Source: an uncultured Chloroflexia bacterium (lineage in GTDB: Bacteria > Chloroflexota > Limnocylindria > Limnocylindrales > CSP1-4). From it: a stretch of 64,000 nucleotides of DNA. Where the stretch lies: positions 1-64,000 of the forward strand of contig CAVVCZ010000008.1 in the NCBI GenBank assembly GCA_963746845.1, in the 5' to 3' direction. Below are positions 57,769 through 64,000 of this stretch, in pieces. A program made the position numbers and the translations under genes. The notes beneath the pieces were generated by a model that did no database searches, was not told the DNA's origin, and saw only the letters and a list, made by a program, of their open reading frames with translations. Numbering within the stretch: the stretch's first letter is position 1; every line of letters begins with the position of its first letter.

Positions 57769-58812
57769 GTGCGTGCCCCCCTCGACTCCGGAGCCCGGCG
57801 TGCGTGGCTGGCGTCGATGCCGAAGGCGGAGCTGCACCTCCACCTCGACGGGTCAATCCGGATCGAGACGGCGATCGAGCTCGCCCGGACACGGGGCGTC
57901 GAGGCGCCCCGGGACGTCGAGGGCATGCGACGCGAGCTCGTCGCCCCGATGCCCTGCCGCGACCAGGCGGAGCTCCTCCGCGCGTTCGAGATCCCGATCC
58001 TGCTCCTGCAGGACGCCGAGGCGCTCGAACGGATCACCGCGGAGCTGGTCGAGACGAAGGCGGCCGAGGGCGTGCGCTACGCCGAGATCCGGTGGGCACC
58101 GGCGCTCCACACCGCGCGCGGCCTCTCCCTCGAGGATGGCATCGCGGCGGTGGCGCGCGGGGCGCGCGACGCGGCGAGCCGGCACGGGATCGAGATCCGG
58201 CTGATCTGCACGGCGATGCGCTCCCACGACCCGGCATCGAACGTGGCGCTCGCGCGGGTCGCGGCCCGGTTCGCCGGCGACGGGCTGACCGGCTGGGACC
58301 TGGCGGGCCCCGAGGCGGCATTCCCGGACCCTGCTCTCCACGCGGCCGCCTTCGCGGCAGCACGGGAGGCGGGTCTCCGGATCACCGTCCACGCCGGCGA
58401 GTGGGGCGGCGCGGTACAGGTGCGGCGTGCGTTGACCGTCGACCCGGAGCGCATCGCCCACGGCCCGGGCGCGATCGACGACCCCGACCTGATGCGCGAG
58501 CTGACCGCGCGCGGGATCTCCCTCGACGTCTGCCCGACCTCGAACTGGCAGGCCGGGATCGTGTCCTCGATCGCCGCCCATCCGCTGGCGCGACTCCATC
58601 GCGCGGGCGTGCCGGTGACGCTCTCGACCGACGACACGACCGTCTCCGACCTGTCGCTGACCGACGAGTACGAACGGGCGCTCGACCTGATCGGGCTGAC
58701 GGTCGACGAGCTCTGGGCGATCGACCGGGCCGCCCTCGACCACGCCTTCGCGGATGCGCCGACCCTCGACCGCCTGCGGGCGGCGTTCGACGCATGGGCG
58801 ACGAGCGCCTAG
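57769..58812 (+). CDS. add: Adenosine deaminase
   Basis: PKAELHLHLDGS, YAEIRW, DLAGPE, TVHAGE, RIAHG, CPTSN, STDD. Confidence 0.92.
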   Translation: MRAPLDSGARRAWLASMPKAELHLHLDGSIRIETAIELARTRGVEAPRDVEGMRRELVAPMPCRDQAELLRAFEIPILLLQDAEALERITAELVETKAAEGVRYAEIRWAPALHTARGLSLEDGIAAVARGARDAASRHGIEIRLICTAMRSHDPASNVALARVAARFAGDGLTGWDLAGPEAAFPDPALHAAAFAAAREAGLRITVHAGEWGGAVQVRRALTVDPERIAHGPGAIDDPDLMRELTARGISLDVCPTSNWQAGIVSSIAAHPLARLHRAGVPVTLSTDDTTVSDLSLTDEYERALDLIGLTVDELWAIDRAALDHAFADAPTLDRLRAAFDAWATSA

Positions 58813-58823
58813 GCCGAACGACC

Positions 58824-59008
58824 GTCCGAAATCGTTCGCCGCTCGGAGTCACTGTCCTTCTCCGACCCGTACGTCCGATTCCGGAGTCCGAACTCGGACG
58901 ACCGCGACCGGGGCGAGTTCGCCGCTCGGAAGGGCCGAGATCGGAGTCCGAATTCGGAAGTCCTGACGTGGAAGTGAGAGTGTCTTCCCGTGGCGTGCGA
59001 AATCGGAC
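58824..59008. repeat. Degenerate TCCGA/TCGGA palindromic repeat cluster in a convergent intergenic region
   Basis: GTTCGCCGCTCGGA at 58834 and 58917; CGGAGTCCGAA(C/T)TCGGA at 58882 and 58942. Confidence 0.6.
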
Positions 59009-59045
59009 TGGTTGCGGGGCCCGGACGCCCCTGGCCGGCCGGCGA

Positions 59046-59921
59046 TCAGCCGGCGAACCTCGCCAGGATCCCGGCCAGCTCGGCGGCGTCGGCGGCAATC
59101 GCGGTGGGACGGCGATCGGCCGGCGCCGCCTCCACGTCCGCTCGTGACGTCACGCCGGTCAGCATCAGGACGCTCCGCGCGCCGACCGCGACCGCCGCGG
59201 CGATGTCGGTCCCGAGACCATCGCCGATCATGATCGCCTCGGTGGCCTCGCGGCCGACGGCTCGTGCCGCCTCCTCGAGCAGGTACGGCTCGGGCTTGCC
59301 GATCGAGGTCGGGACGACGCCGCTCGCCGCCTCCAGCGCGGCGACGATCGAGCCGGCCCCCGGCCGGACCGCCCGCTCGGTCGGGTAGACGGGGTCGCGG
59401 TTCGTCGCGATGAACCGGGCGCCGGCGCGGATGCAGTCATTGGCGACCGTCAGCCGCAGGTAGTCGATCTTCGGGTCGAGCCCGACGACCACCGCGTCGG
59501 GCTGGCCGGCCGCCTCCCAGCCGTTGCCGCCGTCGGTGCCCTCGACGCCGCCGCCGCGGATCAGCTCGCCGGCATCGCCGGCGCGGGTGACGCGGAACCC
59601 GGCGTCGGTCAGCTCACGGTCGAGCCCACTCGCGCCGACGGTGAGCACGTGCCGGACTGACGGCTCGTGGTCGCGGAGGTAGAGCGCGGTCGCGCGCGGC
59701 GACGACACGATCCGATCCGCCGACACGGGGCCGCCCATCCCGGCAATCCGCTCGACGTACTCGGCGTGGTACCACATCGAGTTGTTCGTCACGTACACGA
59801 CGTCGTCGCCGCGCGCCGCTCGGTCGGCAAGGAGGGGGCCCACGCCGGGCACGGGGTCGGCGCCGCGGTACAGGACGCCATCGAGGTCGACGAGCAGGAG
59901 CAGGCCGTGGGCGGTCGTCAC
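59046..59921 (-). CDS. HAD-IIA hydrolase (NagD-like)
   Basis: DLDGVLY, VTNNS, ATNRD, GKPEP, IGDGLGTDI, LTGV. Confidence 0.92.
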   Translation of the reverse strand: MTTAHGLLLLVDLDGVLYRGADPVPGVGPLLADRAARGDDVVYVTNNSMWYHAEYVERIAGMGGPVSADRIVSSPRATALYLRDHEPSVRHVLTVGASGLDRELTDAGFRVTRAGDAGELIRGGGVEGTDGGNGWEAAGQPDAVVVGLDPKIDYLRLTVANDCIRAGARFIATNRDPVYPTERAVRPGAGSIVAALEAASGVVPTSIGKPEPYLLEEAARAVGREATEAIMIGDGLGTDIAAAVAVGARSVLMLTGVTSRADVEAAPADRRPTAIAADAAELAGILARFAG

Positions 59922-59976
59922 GATCGGGAATGCTACCGGCGGACGCAGCCGGGCACGGCGGGACTACGATCGAGAG

Positions 59977-60612
59977 GTGACCCGCGTCGCTTCGTCGTCC
60001 GATCCGCTCAGCGGGGTGACCCGCCTGCTCGTCGACGGGACGAACCTCCTGCACGCGCTCGCGCGCGGACCGACCGGTCCCGATCGCCAGCCGCCGGCGG
60101 CCCTGATCGGGCGGCTCCGCGCGGCGATCCCGCCCGAGACCTCGATCGAACTGATCTTCGACGGCCCGGCCGAGCCGGGCCTGACCCGCCAGCGGATCGC
60201 CCACGGCGTCAGCGTCCGCTATGGCGGCCGCCACACCGCCGACACGGTCCTGATCACCCTGGTCGAGGACGTGGTCCTCGGCGCGGGCGGGACGCCCGGT
60301 GGTGGATCGCTGGCCACGGACGCGCTCCTGGTGGTGACCGACGATCGCGAGCTTCGTGCCGCGGTCACGCGACGCGGCGCGCGGAGCGCCGGCGCCAGCT
60401 GGCTCCTGCGCCGGATGGAGCGGCCGCGCCTCGCGTCGCCGTCCGTGGGCAATGCGCGCCCGCCGCGAGCGCCGCACGTCGACCAGGGTCCGCCCGGCTC
60501 CGCGTCCGCCTCCGCCGACGCTGACGGCCACGACGAGCGGCGCGGCTGGTCGCCCGGCCGCCACGCCACCCGCAAGAAGGGTCCCGGCAAGAAGCCACCG
60601 AAGAGCCGCTGA
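59977..60612 (+). CDS. NYN/PIN-like (YacP-type) domain protein
   Basis: LLVDGTNLL, LIFDG, TADTVL, VVTDDRELR. Confidence 0.8.
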   Translation: MTRVASSSDPLSGVTRLLVDGTNLLHALARGPTGPDRQPPAALIGRLRAAIPPETSIELIFDGPAEPGLTRQRIAHGVSVRYGGRHTADTVLITLVEDVVLGAGGTPGGGSLATDALLVVTDDRELRAAVTRRGARSAGASWLLRRMERPRLASPSVGNARPPRAPHVDQGPPGSASASADADGHDERRGWSPGRHATRKKGPGKKPPKSR

Positions 60613-60656
60613 GGCGCCGCGCGGTCGTCGCCGCGGCCCGGCGCTATCATGCCCGC

Positions 60657-61136
60657 GTGACCGTGATCGATCAGATCCAGCAGGGTTGGTCGAGCCTCCT
60701 CGACTTGCTCTCGAAGCTGATCATCCCCGACTGGGCGAGCCTGATCGTCCTGCTCCCGGTCTTCGTCCTGATCGGGATCGTCGGTCCCCTCCTGACGCTC
60801 GCGATCCTCGGCTGGATGGGCTACGGGATCCTCAAGCCGCGAACGGTCGTCACCTACGAGGAAGGCACGCGGACCGCGCCGCGCGATCAGCTCGGCCGGA
60901 TCGTCGCCCCGGCCGGCGAGCCGTACTGCCCGCGAGACGGGCTGATCTATCCGTCGGGGCAGCAGCGGTGCGACGTCGACCACACGACGCTGCTCCTGCG
61001 CTGCCCGAAGTGCGAGGTCGTCCGCGAGGCCACGATCTCGACCTGCGGCAACTGCGGGCTGAGCCTCCGGCTCGAGCCGCGCGCGATGATCATCGCCCGG
61101 GATGCGCCGCCTCCGGGTGGCGCCGCCGTCGCCTAG
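60657..61136 (+). CDS. Membrane protein with C-terminal double zinc ribbon
   Basis: N-terminal TM segment; CPRD, CDVD, CPKC and CGNC motifs. Confidence 0.7.
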   Translation: MTVIDQIQQGWSSLLDLLSKLIIPDWASLIVLLPVFVLIGIVGPLLTLAILGWMGYGILKPRTVVTYEEGTRTAPRDQLGRIVAPAGEPYCPRDGLIYPSGQQRCDVDHTTLLLRCPKCEVVREATISTCGNCGLSLRLEPRAMIIARDAPPPGGAAVA

Positions 61137-61150
61137 GAGCCGGTCCTCCC

Positions 61151-62104
61151 ATGAGCATCCTCGCGACGATCCTGTTCCCGCTCGGCACGGTCGCGATCGC
61201 GATCGCCTTCGCCGCCCACGTCGGGCACGCCGTGCTGCTCGCGAACGGCCGTCGATCGATCGGGCTCGCGCTCGGCCGTCCGACGAACCAGCCCGCGTGG
61301 GCCGGCGCGGTCACGGGATCGTTCGCCACCGCCCAGGCCGCCGCGATCCCGGCCGACTCGCCGGACGCACCGCTCGGGATCGCCCCGACCCCGCTCGGTC
61401 GCGCGGCCGTCGTCATCGCCGGCGTCGGGTTCGTCGCCCTGCTCGCGTACCTGATCGCACGCGGGATCGCGGTCGGGCGCGGGCCGTGGGGCAACATGTT
61501 CGAGTTCAGTGTCGCCTTCGCGACGTCGATCGTCGGCGGCTACCTGTACCTCCAGCGCCGCTACCCGATCCGCTCGATCGGGTTCATCCCGACGGGGGTT
61601 GCCCTTGGGCTGCTCCTGTACGCGTCGAGCCTGCCGTCGCAGATCAGCCAGCTCGTGCCGGCGCTCCAGAACCCGCCGTTGCTGACGATCCACGTCGGGC
61701 TCGCCGTGCTGTCGTACGGGATCTTCGCGACGTCATTCGCTGCGGGCGTCGGGTACCTGCTCCAGGGCCAGGGCGACCGGTTCGCCTGGCTGCCGAGCCA
61801 CAAGGTCCTCGACGAGGTCGCCTACCGGGCGGTGATCATCGGCTTCCCGGTCTTCGCGACGATGATCATCCTCGGGTCGTGGTGGGCCTCGATCGCCTGG
61901 TCACGCTACTGGGGCTGGGACCCGAAGGAGACCGCGGCGCTCGTGACGTGGCTGTCGTACGCGGTGTACCTCCACGCGCGGAACCAGAAGTCGTGGGCCG
62001 GCCGGCCGGCCGCACTGCTGCTGGTCGTGGCGTTCGGGATGGTGATCGTCACGTACTCCGGGTCGCTCTGGTTCAACGGCCTGCACTCGTACAGCGGGCT
62101 GTAG
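61151..62104 (+). CDS. ccsA: Cytochrome c biogenesis protein CcsA/ResC (System II)
   Basis: PWGNMFEF, PALQ, LTIHV, WSRYWGWDPKET..L.TW..YA.YLH, GLHSY. Confidence 0.92.
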   Translation: MSILATILFPLGTVAIAIAFAAHVGHAVLLANGRRSIGLALGRPTNQPAWAGAVTGSFATAQAAAIPADSPDAPLGIAPTPLGRAAVVIAGVGFVALLAYLIARGIAVGRGPWGNMFEFSVAFATSIVGGYLYLQRRYPIRSIGFIPTGVALGLLLYASSLPSQISQLVPALQNPPLLTIHVGLAVLSYGIFATSFAAGVGYLLQGQGDRFAWLPSHKVLDEVAYRAVIIGFPVFATMIILGSWWASIAWSRYWGWDPKETAALVTWLSYAVYLHARNQKSWAGRPAALLLVVAFGMVIVTYSGSLWFNGLHSYSGL

Positions 62105-62367
62105 CTCCGGCTCCTCGCCCCGCGCCGGCCGTCCCCGCTGGCACTCCGGCTCTCGCACTTCCGCGAACGTGCACCCACGGACCGTTCGAGTCGGTCGCTG
62201 CCTGGACTTCGAGGGCCGCGAGCGCGGTCTGACGGGCACACTCGAGCATCCAGTCATGCCGTGACCATCTGATCGACTCCCGACCACGAGACGTGGTCCA
62301 ACGGTCCCCCGATGACCGTCTGATCGGATCCGGCACACGGGCGGGACCTGCGGCGCCGGACCGGGGA

Positions 62368-63105
62368 CTACGGCGAGGTCGATGCGGATGCGGCCGGCTG
62401 ACCCGGGCCGCCGGCCACGACATCACCGCATGCCACGACCGTCGGGTCCTTCGCGGACTTCTGGATCAGGATCGCGAACGGCTCGGCGACGAGCGCGCTC
62501 GGTGGCGTTGCGATGACCGTGTTCGACGAGCCACCCGCCACCGGGTTCAGCGCGAACGGCGGGCCGGGGACCGCGGACGGCGCGGAGGCCGACGGCTCGG
62601 CGCTCCCGCTCGCGGCGGGCGCACTGGCCGGCGCCGCGGGCGCGGCGCTCGGGCTCGCAGCCGGCGCACCGCTCGCGTCGGCGCTCGGACTCGGTGGCGG
62701 GGCCGTGACCAGGTCGGCGCAGGCGCCCTGCTCGAGCGTCGCCGGCATCGGATCGGCGAACCCGATCGCCACGATGCCGAGCGTCACTGCGGTCGAGTTG
62801 CCGTCGGCGAGCGCGATCAGGATCCCGCCGCCGAAGACCTTGCTGGCATTCGCCTCCGCGAACGAGGTGGTCAGTCGGGTGACGGGCGCCGCCGACGGCG
62901 ACGGCTCGACGGACGGCTCGACGGACGCCGGCGACGTCGCCAGCGGCGAGCCCGTGGCGCCGGCGACGTCCCCGGAGGCGGAACTCGAACCGCAGGCGGC
63001 GACCAGGAGCGCGGCGATCGTCGCCAGGCCGGCGATCGGAAGCGGATGGCGGAGGGTCGCGTGACGTGCGGAGGGGGCACGCACTGGCAATCCGTCGTGA
63101 GGCAT
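62368..63105 (-). CDS. Lipoprotein with a Cu/Zn-SOD-like/CHRD-like beta domain
   Basis: Lipobox VAAC, PATLEQGAC, F.LNPV.GG.S.T, AILIQKS, VACGDV; SD GGAGG. Confidence 0.55.
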   Translation of the reverse strand: MPHDGLPVRAPSARHATLRHPLPIAGLATIAALLVAACGSSSASGDVAGATGSPLATSPASVEPSVEPSPSAAPVTRLTTSFAEANASKVFGGGILIALADGNSTAVTLGIVAIGFADPMPATLEQGACADLVTAPPPSPSADASGAPAASPSAAPAAPASAPAASGSAEPSASAPSAVPGPPFALNPVAGGSSNTVIATPPSALVAEPFAILIQKSAKDPTVVACGDVVAGGPGQPAASASTSP

Positions 63106-63230
63106 GAGACGTCCTCCACGGAGACGGTGAACCGCTCGACGATCCCACCGTCTCGCGTGCGTGCGCGCGCCCGCGCGAGGCGATCGCGTTACAACGGCGT
63201 CCCAAAGCGCGCCCGCGAGGGCGCGCCCGA

Positions 63231-64000
63231 TCAGCCGGGCGGCGGCTCCGGCGTCGACGCGAACGGGTCGGACGAGGGTGCCGGCGGCACCCACTGGATC
63301 AGCGGATCGTCGATCCATGACTCCGGAGGCTCCGGCCAGACCGCCGATTCCGGCCCCGGCTCCGCGCCGCCGAGCGGCCCGATTCCCGGCTCCGGCAGCA
63401 CGGACGCGGCCGGCGTCGACGCGGCGGCGGCCGCGCCGGCGGGCTGCCACTCCCCGGCTTCCCGCGCCGGCGGCGTCGGCATGAACTGACGGAACTGGAG
63501 GACCTTCCGCTCGAACGGCTGGGTCAGCGTCGGATCGACCGCCTCGGCCTCGAGGAAGACCTGCTCCAGCTCGTCGCCGATCAGCTCGTCGCGCTCGATC
63601 AGGGCGCGTGCGACGTAGTGGATCGCCGTCATCTTCTGGAGGACGAGCCGCTCGGTCTCGGCATAGAGCTGGTCGAGGAGCTCGTTCGCCGCGACGAGGA
63701 ACGGCTGAGGTGGGAGCTGCCCCGCCACCACCGGCACGACCAGCTTCGACGGGCCCATGGCCCACACGGACGTGTAGTAGACGGCCTGGGCCGTGGCACC
63801 GCGGAGATCGGACGACGGCCCGGTCGAGAGGTCCTTGAGATAGCGCGTCTCGATCACGTGCCCCGCGAGGGCGACCATGATCCACGACTCGACATGCCGT
63901 CGGAAGTACGAAGTGCGCTCCTCGCGCGGCTTCGGCACGACCATGCCGAGCGCGTGGCCGCGGCGGATGATCGTCGCCTTCGACACCCGCGAGTCCGTGA
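63231..64000 (-). CDS. FtsH-like AAA protease, M41 C-terminal region (5' part outside the window)
   Basis: KATII.RG.ALGMV, I.VALAG...E, STG.SSDL..AT..A, WAMG, ALIER.EL.G.E. Confidence 0.72.
   Translation of the reverse strand, partial: TDSRVSKATIIRRGHALGMVVPKPREERTSYFRRHVESWIMVALAGHVIETRYLKDLSTGPSSDLRGATAQAVYYTSVWAMGPSKLVVPVVAGQLPPQPFLVAANELLDQLYAETERLVLQKMTAIHYVARALIERDELIGDELEQVFLEAEAVDPTLTQPFERKVLQFRQFMPTPPAREAGEWQPAGAAAAASTPAASVLPEPGIGPLGGAEPGPESAVWPEPPESWIDDPLIQWVPPAPSSDPFASTPEPPPG

Overview
A very GC-rich (about 70% or more) bacterial chromosomal segment with about 55 CDS and no mobile element or CRISPR array. The gene style suggests Chloroflexota, probably Limnocylindria-like (inference). 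Housekeeping genes include dapB-dapA-dapD, a ThrC-like enzyme under a SAM-I riboswitch, tRNA-His, pgm, glgC, pncB, pepA, add, ccsA and bioY. Envelope and transport genes include two MoxR-DUF58-VWA operons, two ABC exporter systems, three gluzincin peptidases, an M23 peptidase and a CAP protein. The most notable signals are non-coding. (1) A shared structured 5' leader sits in front of the CAP and M23 genes, 44 kb apart, with a compensatory stem indel and identical 16-nt spacing to SD-less start codons; it is a candidate new cis-regulatory RNA. (2) A Lys-Lys-Lys leader-peptide attenuator lies upstream of dapB-dapA-dapD. (3) A TCTCAG-N5-TCTCAG-N10-GANNCT OmpR/MprA-type promoter is shared by three envelope operons. 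(4) Leaderless promoters are pervasive and some are bidirectional. Three +1 frameshifts are probably sequencing or assembly errors. All calls are from motif recognition by eye; no database searches were run.
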